A stretch of DNA of 63,410 nucleotides, filler included, from Octopus bimaculoides (GCF_001194135.2; 7 parts of 6 records of this genome joined end to end with filler, not necessarily neighbours in it); one strand, 5' to 3'. Shown: positions 24,554 through 38,082, counted from the first letter of the whole stretch. Notes: a model not told the origin generated them from the sequence alone. Numbers and translations are program-made.

Positions 24554-24917
24554 TGTGTGTGTGTGTGCGTGTGAATGTGCGTGCGTATAAACAAAAATAA
24601 CTTAAAGAAAGATTTGAAATATGTCCTAAACAAACAAAGAAATTATGGAGTGGAGGGGATACAAAAATAGGAAGAAAGGAAATAAATATTAAAAAAATAA
24701 ATTGGATAGAATTAGGGAAACTGGAGATCTATTGAAATGCAGCAGCACAAAGAAATACATGCATGTATATATAAATATGCACATACATACATTCATATAT
24801 ATATACACACAGACACATACATACATATATACATACATAAATATATATATATTGCATATATACATACACACATATATATATATATATATATATACATACA
24901 TACACACACACATATAC

Positions 24918-25004
<87 letters not shown>

Positions 25005-25552
25005 GTCAGAAAAAAAAATAATTTAAAGAGGTAGGTGGTAGTTTTTAAATAATTAATTCTAGCAGAGAAGTCTTTATTGTTCTCTTATTTTGTCTGACAT
25101 ATAAACATGGCTATTGAAATAAAAGAAACCCTTTAAATTGACATGCAGACTCACGTGACTGTCACTTTGACTGCTAATTATCCATAGGAACTAACAGAAC
25201 ATGGAAGCACAGTTTCTCTTTCAATAGATCTGTCTTTGGAATTTTTTTCCATTTTATTTATTTATTTAATTATTTATTGGTTGTTTGTATGTTTTGGAGT
25301 TTTATTCTTAAATTTATGCTAATTAGTACTATTTATTTATATATTTATTTATTTATTCATTCATTTATTCTTTGTTGTTCTGTCCACTAAACCTTGCTGT
25401 TTATTTCCCTTCTCTCCATCTTTTGGGGTTTTGTGTTTTTTCTTTTCTCTGTCTCACTTCTTTCTTTCTCTCTCATAGATTTTAAAAACTATCAGAATAT
25501 CATCTCCATGTTTGCAGATTTTTTATATTAAGTTTCTTTTTCCCCCTTTTTT

Positions 25553-25583
<31 letters not shown>

Positions 25584-25821
25584 TTCTAACTTTTCTTTTT
25601 GATGTAATTTTTTAAACTTCCACTTTGATTTACATGGTTTATCTTTAAATCATAACTTCCTTCTTGTCCTCCTATGTTTTTTCCTCTCAATGCCAATACT
25701 ACCATCAGTGTCACCATCCCATCGCTGCCACCACCACCAACACCATGGCCACCACTGCCACCATCACCATCACAACCCCTATCATCTCACTACCATATTT
25801 CTAAGGTATTGTATTTCTCAG

Positions 25822-25911
25822 TTACCAAAGAAGGGCTTGTTTCAAAAACGATAAATTCTTCTTTATTGTCAGAAAATATAGTAAAGACTCCAAGAGAAGA
25901 AAAATGCATGA
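25822..25911 (+). CDS. Candidate coding exon (phase 1 to 1): VTKEGLVSKTINSSLLSENIVKTPREEKCM
   Basis: Acceptor ttgtatttctcag, donor A|gtacgt, 90 nt open. No homology recognised. Confidence 0.25.
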
Positions 25912-26111
25912 GTACGTTTTTGATCTGTAATCTCCAGTTATTTTAGTTGTTGTTGTTATTGTTGTATTTGCTTCCATATTTGCCAAGCAAGATTGTTTAT
26001 GAATCTTAGTCTTTAGAAAAGCAGCTATATAAGATTATTATTGGCCCTTGTGGCCAGTAAAGAAAGTTTATTATTGTTGTTGTTGTGTTATTTTTATTAT
26101 TATTATTATTA

Positions 26112-26149
<38 letters not shown>

Positions 26150-26217
26150 GTTGTTGTTGTTGTTGTTGTTGCTGTTGTTGTTGTTGTTGTTGTTGCTGTT
26201 GTTGTTGTTGTTGTTGT

Positions 26218-26435
26218 TAAACTGGAGAGCTGGCAGAATCTTTAGCATGCCAGGCAAAATCCTTAGTGGCATTTCGCCCGTTGCTACATTCTGTGTTCAA
26301 ATTCTGCCAAGGCTGACTTTGCGTTTGAGTCTTTCAGGGTCAATAAATTAAGTACCAGTGAAACATCCAGGTTGATGTAATTGACTTGTACACTCCCACA
26401 AAATTTCAGGCCTTGTGCTTTTAGTAGAAAGGATT
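26218..26435 (+). mobile_element. SINE family B
   Basis: Family B head, centre and tail (...ccttgtgcttttagtagaaaggattatt), following an (ATT)n/(GTT)n run. Confidence 0.85.
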
Positions 26436-27963
26436 ATTGTTGTTGTTGTTGTTGCATTTTTCTTGTTGTACTTGAGACGTTAAAGCAAGACGTAGCCCCC
26501 TGACACATTAATTCCTTTGATCCTTGCCAGCATGGAAAGTAGATGTAAAACTCATGATGATGATTATGTAAGTATGTATGTATGCATGCATTCATGCATA
26601 TATGTATGCACATGTGTGTGTGTAAATATAGTTTTTAAAAGAGTAAAGCATTTAGAAGAAAATACAGAGTCAGTAGACTTGAAAACATCCCTATAACCTG
26701 AAATATCATATACATAGTACTACCATACATCGATATTGTAAGAAAATGCCCTTTATGTTTAGCAGAGAAATTCCATATTCTGATACAACCAGCAATATCA
26801 TTTGAATAAGAGCTCCATTTTTCTTTTGTTGCAGACTAAAATCAATATATCTGGTGTTCTTCATTAATACACTTAAAATCTCATCATTCAATATTTTGTC
26901 AATCAAACAACTCCACACAGCACATTGTAGGAATGAATCATTATTTCCCAAATAAAAAATTCAACAAGCTGTATTGAGTTCTCTTTCTCTCATCTGTAAC
27001 TTTGAGCATGTGAGTATATATAAATAATTAAGTTTGAATGCAAATACAACACTTACATTAAAGAGAACAAAAAGTCAGTAATGAGAAGATATTTGGACAT
27101 ACATCTATTAGTTGATGTCTTGGTTGATCAACTACAGCACCGTAACCATTTCAGATTTACATTTTATAATGTAAATTTGAAATACTTTATTCGAATATTT
27201 TTGAGATATGCATCAATGAGGATATCAGATAGAAGCTATATACAACGATGAGGTAATTAGAAATGAGACATATACACCAATTAAAGGATCAGAGATGAGA
27301 TTTGTGTATTGATGAGATAATTAGAGATAAGTGTTATGTATGAATGAGGGTGTCAGAAATAAGAGTTAGTGTGTCAAATTTTGGGATCAGATATGAGAGT
27401 TATGTATCAATGGGGTTTTTAATGATGAGAGATATGTATGAATGAGGGGCCTGAGATTACGGTTATATGTCAATTAGAGGATCAGTGTAGAGATATATTT
27501 GTCACTGGTCATAGAGGCAATGTAGAATTAAATATTCAGTGCTTACAAAAAAAGCAATAATATTCACATAAACAGTTAGTTAAGTATATCATCATCTACC
27601 TGGTCATTTCACTACTACAGTGTTGGAGTATTACTGATTATTTCAATTGGTATTGTCCTGTATCATATTTTAAAGAAACCAAACTTTTGTCTTTGAAACG
27701 AAATTGTAAATAATGTTTATGGAAAGTACACTGCTAATTTCTGAATTATGTAAGTTTGATGATTCAAGTGTGTAGCTAGCATTTTAATAATCACACTTAC
27801 AATGCTATAACTTGATATGTTAAATTGTTAGTGTCTTTTCCCTAAATATGTGTAATATTCCAGACTGGATTTGAACATATGTCTAGATGAAAGAAAATAA
27901 TGTACTTTACCTCTAGCAAATAAAAGATGAATTATTTGAAGAATTATTAATATTACTGAAAAT

Positions 27964-28165
27964 TAAGGTGGTGAACTGGCAGAATCATTAGCATGCCAAC
28001 CAATATGCTTAGTGGCATTTCGTCTGTCTTTACATTCCGAGTTCAAATTCCTCTGAGGTTGACTTTGTCTTTCATCCTTTCAGGGTCAATAAATTAAGTA
28101 TCAATGAAACACTGGCACCCACTCCCCAAAATTTCAGGCCTTGTGCCTTTAGTAGAAAGGATATT
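27964..28165 (+). mobile_element. SINE family B
   Basis: aaggtggtgaactggcagaatcattagc...gccttgtgcctttagtagaaaggatatt. Confidence 0.85.
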
Positions 28166-29580
28166 ATTGAATACTGAAAAGATAAGGCTAATGGTTCAGA
28201 AATTAAAAGGGATGGTGGGAGATGAAGTAGAGGCCAATGCTTCTCAGGCTCAGATCATTCAATAGAAAAGATAATCCTATGCTCAGAACTGATAGACAAC
28301 ATAAGGTCACCGTTTTGTTCTTCCTCTGAGTTAGCCATTAAAGGAAGTACACCAATGCAGACAGAAATTATGATTATTTCAATTAGACTCCTTTATAAAT
28401 ATTTTATAGTATTTATTAAATTTTATATTCTTCGTTAGTTTTCCCCACACTAGAACAATATCGTTTGTACTTTTTTTTCAACATTTTTCCTCTAGGAGAC
28501 GTTGAAGAAAAAGCAGTAAATTTTATTTATTTTGATTTCAAGAGTTATTGTAATTAGTATATAGAAAATGAACTTGCAGAATAGTTGGAGCATCTGATGA
28601 AGTCCTTTGCAGCATATACTGGTTTTTAGTATTCTAAGTTCAAGTCTTACCCAAGTCAACTTAGCCTTTCTTTCTTGCAGGAAATATAAATATTGTACCA
28701 TTATAAGGTGGTGGACTGGCAGAATTTCAATAATATTGAACAGGCTGTTTTGAAGTACTTGTTCTGGTTCTTTAATGCTGTGAGTTTAAATCCTGCTGCA
28801 GCCTACATGGGTGGCAGAGTTAATCCAGTACCTGGTCTCAAACCATCACCTGATCCTTATATGTTTTTAACAGTGTCCCCTCTGTTAAAAGCATTTGAGC
28901 CAGGAGTCAAGTCTATAGTTTGAGGGTAACTTCCATGCTCTCTCCCTTTCACCTGTCTCGAGGCTCTGTAAAGGATCATGGGCACTGCCTTACCATCTGA
29001 CTAAGTTCTAAAAAGAAAAAAATTAAGTTGACATTCTCTAAATGGCAAAATGTTGTTTATATCTGAGTTATTAAACAGATATTTTGAAGCTAATATCAAG
29101 AAGGATTCATCAAGTATTTCATAACACAACTTCAATCAACATTTCTCATAATCACAAAGTATAAAGTTAATAGTATTTTAAAGTTAAAATATGATTTGTC
29201 TTGGGTCCTCAATCCTATCCCAGAGTTGTAGAGGTACTTATATGGAATATCTCAGACTTCTAATCCTAAAGAAGCCGCCCCTTTCCAGGTTTAGCCATAT
29301 TTAATTTCTTGGAAGAAGTAATTGACCCCAGTTTTAGACTAGTACATTTATTGATCTCCAATGTATGAAATGCAGAGCTAGCCTTGGTGGAATTTGAACT
29401 CAGGATGCAGAGAGCAAAAGAAAAAACAACTTAACATCCTAATTTACAACTTTGGCATAAGAAAGAAAAAGTAGGTGAACTCCATATCTGTCATATACTA
29501 GATGACTGCATTATGGAATTACCCCAAAGTGGAACAAAATAGGATTTATTTAAATAATGTAATCTTTTGAGTGCCCTTAA

Positions 29581-29915
29581 CCCTTTGTTAATGTAATTAA
29601 ATTTCATTGTCATTCCTACAAGGATGTTTGATTATCCACTAAAATAATTAGAATTGATGTTTTCTGCTTCTATATCTCCTGTAGGTACACTTTTGATATT
29701 CAACACTAAAAGTATTTCATTCTTGCTCTGTGATAAGATATTTGATGAAACATAAAAAATTAAGATAATCTGAAAGATTGTCTTTTGTAAATGGTGTTAC
29801 TGAAGGTGTCTCTGCTTCTAACATAGGAAGAAATTTTTTCAAGTCCATGAGGTAAAACTGCATTCTGCAATTAACAGTAATAACATTTTGAGCAACACCT
29901 TCTGCATTCAAAGGG
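29581..29915. mobile_element. Possible piggyBac-type MITE
   Basis: TTAA|CCCTTTG...CAAAGGG|TTAA, with TTAA at 29577-29580 and 29916-29919. The TIR match is short. Confidence 0.45.
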
Positions 29916-30016
29916 TTAAAAGTTGATGCAATACTTTTATATTAAATCTTCGATAAAATTTTTGGCGAAAAACTACATAAAACAAATTTCAGAATGTATT
30001 TGCTTGCTGTTCTTAC

Positions 30017-30394
30017 CTTTTATCTTTTACTTGTTTCAGTCATTAGACTGCAGCCATGATGGGGTACTTCCTTGAATAATTTTTAGTGGAATGAATTGAC
30101 CTCAGTTTTTTGTGGCTTTTTTTCTTATTCTATTGGTCTCTGTTGCTGAACCACTAAATTATGGGGACGTAAACACACCAACACCAGTTGTCAAGTGGTA
30201 GTGGGGGACAAACACAGATACACACTCATATATACAACAGGCTTCTTTCACTTTTTGTCTACCAAATCCACTCACAAGGCATTGGTCAGCCTGTGGCTGT
30301 AATAGAAGACACTTGCCTACGGTGCCATGCAGTGGGACTGAACACAGAACCACGTAGTTGGGAAGCAAGCTTCATACCACACAGCCATGCCTGC
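30017..30394 (-). mobile_element. SINE family A, near full length
   Basis: Reverse complement of the head (gcaggcatggctgtgtgg...), centre (gcaagtgtcttctatt) and tail (ctgaaacaagtaaaagataaaag). Confidence 0.85.
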
Positions 30395-30984
30395 GGTTAT
30401 GTTGTATTTTTTAAACATAAAACAACCATAACACTTTTTTTGGCCTCATTACAACTTCAGTCCATCATTTTATGAATGAGGCAAGATTTGCTTCCCTCAG
30501 AAAGCAATTATGACGTTATACATCACATCCCAAACATAGATCATGTTTGAGGAATAAAATAGACCTTGGGTTATAATTTTTTTAAACACTAATTCCTAAA
30601 ATATATGCTGCAATTAAACTTTGTTTCGTTTGAGTATTTTAGATGATGATAAATCTGTTTGATGATTTGTCGTTTACTTCTAAAGATATCAACCTGAAAT
30701 TTTTTTAACACAGATCAACTCAACACGATGCATTTCCAAGAAAGGAATGAAAGAATCTAATATTTCATGTTCTTAAGGAACCACAAGATTTAACTACATT
30801 TCTAGAAAATTGTTCATACAAATTAATTATTCATTATTATGGATTCCCCTCTTTCTTCTGAATTTCACTATTTATATTAGCTTTCTAAATTCATTGCATG
30901 GTGCCAGTTGTCTAAAGACTTGCAAAAGAAACCAGAATTTTTTTCTTTTTCGTTCTTTTATTATTTCTTTTTTTTTTTCTTTAG

Positions 30985-31150
30985 ATGAATTAAAAGACAT
31001 AGCTGTCAATGTATTCACATTTGATGAACGGTATCAGTTGCCATGCCAACTAGTTGATAATCCTTATACTAACTCTAATCCAGTTTCTTGTCATGGCATG
31101 TACACCATCCATAAACTCATACAATTGCAGATAACAGACAGCATAGATGA
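30985..31150 (+). CDS. Candidate exon of an unidentified plus-strand gene (phase 1 to 2)
   Basis: Strong acceptor (poly-T ...ctttag) and donor GA|gttagt. Only phase 1 is open: (D)ELKDIAVNVFTFDERYQLPCQLVDNPYTNSNPVSCHGMYTIHKLIQLQITDSID. Confidence 0.5.
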
Positions 31151-32169
31151 GTTAGTTTAGTTTTTTTAAGTGTCAATGCTACTGAAATGCAGTCCGACAT
31201 TTAATTTAATGTTTCAACAACTGCTCTTCATTAGCTGCTAACTTGCATGTCAACTGTTGTTGTTGTTGTTGCTATTGCTGCTGCTGTAGTTGCTGAATCC
31301 CATATACAATTACTTATGTCTTTTTTTTTTTTTGTAATAATATTCCTTAGCCAATCAAATTCAGTCTAACCTTTCTCTAAGCTGGACTCAGCATATGAAT
31401 AGCTTGTATTTATCACTGTAAACTAACAAAACAATCATCACTTTACATTGTTTTCATTCTGGTATTGCTCAGTCATTTGTTCCTTTTGTATCGAGAATCA
31501 ACACAGCACAAAGACAAAATCTCAAAATCACTAGAATCAGTTTGGAATCCTATTCATCATCATTATCACCATCAGTATCACTGTCACTATCCTACATCCA
31601 CTTTCCATGATCACATGGGTTGAATCAGTCCTCTCGCCNNNNNNNNNNNNNNNNNNNNNNNNNNNNNNNNNNNNNNNNNNNNNNNNNNNNNNNNNNNNNN
31701 NNNNNNNNNNNNNNNNNNNNNNNNNNNNNNNNNNNNNNNNNNNNNNNNNNNNNNNNNNNNNNNNNNNNNNNNNNNNNNNNNNNNNNNNNNNNNNNNNNNN
31801 NNNNNNNNNNNNNNNNNNNNNNNNNNNNNNNNNNNNNNNNNNNNNNNNNNNNNNNNNNNNNNNNNNNNNNNNNNNNNNNNNNNNNNNNNNNNNNNNNNNN
31901 NNNNNNNNNNNNNNNNNNNNNNNNNNNNNNNNNNNNNNNNNNNNNNNNNNNNNNNNNNNNNNNNNNNNNNNNNNNNNNNNNNNNTAATAGATTACATCGC
32001 CTGATTCATTCTTAAAGGGTTAATTTGCTGCAGGAATCTGGTTATGTTTGGTGCAACACTAAATTATCATAGAACTGATAGGAAGTAGCTTTGATTCACA
32101 ACGGCATCATTAACTAAAACATCTCCCATCATCATCATCATCATCATCATCATCCTCATCATTGCCATC

Positions 32170-32201
<32 letters not shown>

Positions 32202-32544
32202 TGCCATCATCATCACAGTCGTCCTCATCATCATCATCATTGTCATCACTGGCGTCATCGTTGCCATCATCATCATTGTCATCACTGTCGTCATAGTTGC
32301 CATCATCATCATCGTCACCCTCTTCATTATTATCCTCATCACCGTCGTAATCATTATCTCCACCATCATTGACATCATTGTTAGTGTCATTTTTGTTTTC
32401 AAGATTTAGCTGGGTCTGCTTTAAAGAACATCATCACATGTTTTAATCTCATGTCATCATTTGACGCCCATCCTTGTACAATTTGGTTTCTCATTTTCTT
32501 TTGTAACATCTCATACTGTATGTGCATTACCAATAAACACAATG

Positions 32545-32757
32545 CAATATTCTGCTAGGGTTTTTGGATTCATGATCGTAAGATTATGGTTTCGATTCCT
32601 GGACCGGGTGATGCGTTGTGTTCTTGAGCAAAACACTTCATTTCGCATTGCTCCAGTCCACACAGCTGGCAAAAATGAGTAATCCTGCGATGGACTGGCT
32701 TCCCATCCAAGTAGGGGATTTATGTGCCATAAAAACTGGGAAATCGGACTTATGAAA
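32545..32757 (+). mobile_element. CORE-type SINE
   Basis: tRNA-like head (ggtttcgattcctggacc), then tgtgttcttgagcaaaacacttcatttcgcattgctccagtccac (CORE-like). Confidence 0.7.
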
Positions 32758-32781
32758 AAAAACGAACAATGTTACACAAAG

Positions 32782-32818
<37 letters not shown>

Positions 32819-33354
32819 GTATGTATGTATGTATATATATGTATATAGAGTGGGGGAAAATAAATATTCGTACATGTCAAAATTCTTTATTTATTTACTT
32901 TCTAATGAACATAAATGGGATATACCAATACTATATTTGCATACACATGCATAAACTAAGAATATGCAAAAGAAACTAATAAATTATAGTAACTAATGAA
33001 TTCATATATAAATGAAGATATGGTAGAAAATGAAATACAAAGGGTCTCTGATATTTCCCTGTAACTTTTACCTGCTTTCGACTGTTCAATAATTAAGTTT
33101 TTCACTGAATTTGTGAGTTCTTTACTTTTCACCATTAATACGACACTACTTTATGTTGTCTCAGTGCTGAATAAAGAAGCTAGCGTTTTGACATGTAAAA
33201 CTGACTACTGGTAAGATTATTGGAACAAACTAGAAAGTTCTAGTAAAAAAATATTATTTTAACAGTATTTTGTGGCATAAAAACTCATAAATTTATTCTG
33301 TACGAATATTTATTTCACCCCTAAATATTTATAATTGTATATAAATGTGGTGCT

Positions 33355-33778
33355 CAAAAGTATTTTGGATTGTAGGGTGACATGCCATGCTTGAGGAGAC
33401 CTATTGAGTCAAGTACATCAAAGCCAAAATCAAATGGAAATTGCTGTTTTGATCCCCGTGCCAGTGGCATGTAAAAAGCACCATCCGAACGTGGCCGATG
33501 CCAGTGCCACCTTGACTGGCTTCTGTGCCAGTGGCACATAAAAAGCACCAACCGATCGTGGTCATTGCCAGCACCCTCTGACCCCTGTGCCGGTGGCATG
33601 TAAAAAGCACCCACTACACTCTCAGAGTGGTTGGCATTAGGAAGGACATCCAGCTGTAGAAACACTGCCAGATCAGACTGGGGTCTGGTGCAGCCTCCTG
33701 GCTTCCCAGACCCCAGTCAAACTGTCCAACCCATGCTAGCATGGAAATTGGACGTTAAACGATGATGATGATGATGAT
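33355..33778 (+). mobile_element. SINE family C with internal tandem subrepeats
   Basis: Three copies of gtgcc(a/g)gtggca(t/c)(g/a)taaaa(a)gcacc, then the RTE-type tail ...gcatggaaattggacgttaaacgatgatgat. Confidence 0.85.
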
Positions 33779-33811
33779 ATACATATGTATAAATATTTAT
33801 ATACATATATA

Positions 33812-33846
<35 letters not shown>

Positions 33847-34127
33847 TAAAAGAGGGTACTAAATTAAAATAATTTATTACTAGTGGTTATCATGCATAAA
33901 TAAAAGTCATAAGACCTAGCATATTTTAAAAAATATTTATAGTCTATAAAATATTTTTATACACAAAGAGGAGATCACTGGCAGGACTCCTCACATGCTA
34001 AAAAGGCCAGTTAAAATCCAAACCATGAAAAAGAGAATTCATGAAGCATGCCGTTATAACATTATATAATTATTCATGTATTAGTGATGATGAGATGGGA
34101 GGAACATGTTGTTGAGAGGAAAATAAG

Positions 34128-34726
34128 TTGAGATGATATATGGAGGTGGAACACATCTCAGCTAAGTTTTCTGATTCGTTCATCTTATGATGTTTTGGCA
34201 TTACCTGCAAATCTAGTGAAAAAAAAAAAAAACCATTGAAAGTACCAACTAGAGACTTCATTACCTTCGTGCACTCAGGACAGCGAACCCGTTTCAAGAA
34301 GAACATCAACAAACTTCCTGTGAACAATGAAAAGTGGAATGACTATTGGGAGTGACTGCAGACTTACCAGGGTGCTAGAGACTCTTTCCCATCCCAGTTA
34401 TGAAAAAACCAGGCATTTTAATGTCGTGTGAAGGAAAGGAAGTTGTGAATCTAGTTGAGTTAATGGTTCCTCATGAAGATAACATGGACACCGCTCGGGC
34501 TTGAAAGACTGAACGTTATGTAAACCTCCTCAAGGAATGTGAAGATGCAGGCTGGAAAGCAGAGCATTTTCCAATCGAAGTTGGATGTAGATGATTGTTG
34601 TTATCGTTAGGCCTAACTCATCGTAAAGTAAATACTACCATGACCAATATCCAAACTACAGTGGAAAAGGCTAGCCACTGGATTTGGTTAAAAAGAGATG
34701 ATGAGCGATGGCTAGAAGAATATTGA
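34128..34726 (+). mobile_element. HERO-like (R2-superclade, RLE endonuclease) non-LTR retrotransposon 3' remnant
   Basis: Reads SFLIRSSYDVLALPANL; LVELMVPHEDNMDTARA*KTERYVNLLKECEDAGWKAEHFPIEVGCR; VEKASHWIWLKRDDERW. These match HERO motifs (SFLIRSVYDVLPSP, ELTVPWE, PVEVGCRG, RWLWLKR). Confidence 0.75.
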
Positions 34727-35119
34727 GCTTTACTTTATAACCAGTTGATCTAGCAAGTAAGGCCGCATATCAGTGTGTGTGTGTGGGGGGGCAGTACGCA
34801 CTGATGCCGTTGAGAGGTAGGCCCCAAAATGGTGCGCATTCTCTCCTGATGACCCCATACACTTGCTGGCTTCCAGTATGTGGAGTTCTCAACTGGTAGC
34901 ACTTGCACGTGCAAGTTGTTTGCAAAACATGGCAATTAATAGCGAAACTCGAGTTCGGGATTAACTAATTAATTTATTTGTTCATTGTAGTGTTGTAACA
35001 GCATGCCTCTTGAATTCTCTTTTTTGTGGATTGAGTTTTAACTGACCTTTTTAGCATGTAAGGAGTCCTTTCAGTGGTCTCTTCTTTGTGTATAAAAACA
35101 TTTTATACACTCATATATT

Positions 35120-35173
<54 letters not shown>

Positions 35174-35217
35174 NNNNNNNNNNATACATATTTATATATG
35201 GATAGATAGATAGATAA

Positions 35218-35268
<51 letters not shown>

Positions 35269-36289
35269 TAAGCACATATATGTATATATTTTGCATAAAT
35301 ATTACCAAGTATGAAAATGGATCTAAAATGATGATACATTTATGCATATACACTAACTATGTATACCTACCTACATGTGTGTGTGTATGTATTTAAATAT
35401 GTACATGCATATATGCATATATACATACAAATACATACATACAAATACATACATACATACACACAAACATGCGCACACATATACTCATACATACACACAA
35501 ACATATATATTCACATATTCACACACATGCATGTGCACATAGACCTAAATTTTCTTTCTTCCCTCCATTACACATTTGTATATTTTTGCAATCCACAGAA
35601 AATGTCAAATTAACCTGTTAATCTCAACTAATCATGCCTTAAGTGACATCTTTACTTATTCTTAGCTATTGATTTATATCTTCCCATCCATCATAAGAGA
35701 TTATTCTATTTCAGATACGATCCGCTAATCATATTAATCTTACAGATATCTACTCAGCTGTGGAATCCTGCTGTTCCAATATTTTTGTTATGATATTTAA
35801 GTTTCTTTCATTGTTTTTTCATTAATTTTGTTTCATACATACATCAGGTATTAGACATATTTCAGGTTATCATCTTCTATTGCATAAATCTATTATTTTT
35901 CCCTTTTTATTTCTTTTCCATAAATAATACTTTGTTGGTCTTCGTGTGTCTTTTGTGTTTCTTCTTATATTTATTATTTTTGGTACTATTTGTCTATTTT
36001 GAATTTTTAGTTTGTTTTGCTTTGTCTTGTTTATTTTGATATTTTCATATTTTCTGTATTTATTGAGATTTTACAAAAATAAAATAATGATAATAATAAC
36101 ACCTACATTCTGCTCTGATGTAGGTATAAGACCTGAAATTTTGCAGGAAGGGGCTAGTCAATAACTTTGCCTTTTATTTTTTTGGAGTTGATAAAATAAC
36201 ACTATTAGTCAAGTACTTGAGCCAACATATACAGCTGTATCTTGCACCAAATTTCTGGCCTTGTGCTTATAATAGAAACAGGTTTAAAG

Positions 36290-36600
36290 GGTAAAGACCC
36301 CCTTTGGTCATGAATGACCATGGGATGCACCTAGAAAGTTCCCCTCTGATGCACAAGTCTGGGTAAGGTTGTTTATAGAAGATTAGCAGTCACCCATGCA
36401 TACCAGCCTCTCCTCTACATGCCACTGATGTCATCCAAGGGAAAGGTAAAGGCCGATACAGCTTGGCACCAGTGACATCACAACTCATTTATACAGCTGA
36501 GTTAACTGGAGCAACGTGAAATAAAGTGTCTTGCTCAAGAACACAACATGCAGCCTTGTTTGGGAATTGAACCCACTACTTAATGATTGTGAGCTCATAA
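36290..36600 (-). mobile_element. CORE-type SINE
   Basis: The plus strand shows ctggagcaacgtgaaataaagtgtcttgctcaagaacacaac, the reverse complement of the CORE-like block at 32625-32660. Confidence 0.7.
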
Positions 36601-36641
36601 ACAGTTTAATTCTTATTAGTGTTGCTATTAAACAACAAATT

Positions 36642-36736
<95 letters not shown>

Positions 36737-36739
36737 CAT

Positions 36740-37450
36740 TAAGTTGGTGAGCTGGCAGAATCGTTAGCATGCTGGGCAAAATGCTTAGTGGCATTTCATC
36801 TGTCCTTACGTTCTGAGTTCAAGTTCTGCCGAGGCTAACTTTGCCTTTCATCATTTCGAGGTTGACAAAATAAATAAACTAGTGGAGCTCATTCAACTTT
36901 AATTACACTAATAATAAGAAAAATTGAATAATTGTTTCTAATACAGGCACAAGGTTAGAAATTTGGTGTAAGAACCAGTTGTAAATATTGACTCCAGCAC
37001 TTTGCCAGTACTGTTATTTTATCAACTTCAGAAAGATAAAGTTGACCCTAGTGGAATGTGAACTCATAACACAGAAGGCTTTAACCAAATATGGTATGAC
37101 ATTTTGTCTCATACTCTATCAATCCACTACTGTACTGTATGCCTAAGGCCTGAAATTTTGGGAAGAAGAGCTGGTCGATTACATTGTCCCAGTGCTTGAC
37201 TGATATTTATTTCAGTGACACTAAAATGGTGAAAGGCAAAGCTGACCTTAGCAGAATTTGAACTCAGAATGTAAAGACAGATGAAATGCCGCTAAACATT
37301 TTGTCCTGCCTGCTAATGAATCTGCCAACTCACTGCCTTTCACTACGCTAATAAACCTTTCTACTATAGGCACAAAGCCTGAAAATTTGGGCAAAGAGGC
37401 CAGTTGATTTCACCGTCCCTATTATTCAACTGGTACTTATTTTACCAGTG
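36740..37450. mobile_element. Cluster of SINE family B copies (one plus-strand copy, three head-to-tail minus-strand copies)
   Basis: Recurrent ggcacaaggcctgaaatttt...gactccag..cttgactggtacttattt...gaatttgaactcagaa blocks. Confidence 0.8.
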
Positions 37451-37451
37451 T

Positions 37452-37507
<56 letters not shown>

Positions 37508-37619
37508 TGATGTTGATGATGATGATGATGATGATGACGATGATGATGATAATAATTTTTCTTTTTATTTGACAAAGCATTCAATCTTCCATAGAAAGCT
37601 AACATAAAAGTTTCATCAG

Positions 37620-37790
37620 CCACATTATTATCAAACTGTTAGAAGGCTGTGAGACCAGACAAAAATTCCAGGTGCCTAGAACTCCAGTCTTGGTCTTTGA
37701 CCCTGGAAAACAGCTCCGTCAATGGGATGGACTGTGGGAAGATGTGCTTCATCAACGGTTACCGTGCCTGATCACTAACCAGGAATTTTT
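37620..37790 (+). CDS. Candidate exon of the plus-strand gene (phase 2 to 2)
   Basis: Branch-point-like gctaac plus tttcatcag acceptor, donor TT|gtaaag. 57 open codons: HIIIKLLEGCETRQKFQVPRTPVLVFDPGKQLRQWDGLWEDVLHQRLPCLITNQEF. Confidence 0.55.
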
Positions 37791-37916
37791 GTAAAGACTG
37801 CAATCCCAGCACAGTTGCATATAATCAACCACAGTTCTTAGTGTCACTAAAAACTACTGCAGCTACACCTATATGAAATCATTCAGCAAGCAATTTTGAT
37901 TCTCAGCTGACCACAG

Positions 37917-37965
37917 ATCATATGTATTTATACAACCTATTCCAAATAGAGTCACATTTGTTGAA
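37917..37965 (+). CDS. Candidate exon of the plus-strand gene (phase 2 to 0)
   Basis: Acceptor ctgaccacag, strong donor GAA|gtaagg. Continues the previous exon in frame: (L)SYVFIQPIPNRVTFVE. Confidence 0.5.
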
Positions 37966-38082
37966 GTAAGGAAGAGAGGGATAGCATTTATTGGTCAAGT
38001 AGAAAAGCAGGTAATTCAGTCTTCTTGGTCAGGTGGGTTTCTTAATGGTCTTTATAAAAAATTCTTGTTAACTTGATTTCAG

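Noticed and set aside
26706-26951. 81-codon minus-strand ORF, and a strong plus-strand acceptor at 26834
   Set aside because: There is no usable acceptor/donor pair for the minus frame, the plus frames stop quickly or lack a good donor, and no homology was recognised.
29717-29911. Protein-like minus-strand ORF (MQFYLMDLKKFLPMLEAE...), and a 27-nt plus-strand exon candidate at 29685-29711
   Set aside because: The ORF has no convincing donor. Both candidates lie inside a putative piggyBac-type MITE, so the evidence is conflicting and insufficient.
32400-32516. Minus-strand open frame QYEMLQKKMRNQIVQGWASNDD...
   Set aside because: Weak acceptor, no donor and no recognisable family.
33440-33615. 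CRISPR array
   Set aside because: Eukaryotic context, only three degenerate units, related spacers, embedded in a SINE, and no cas genes.
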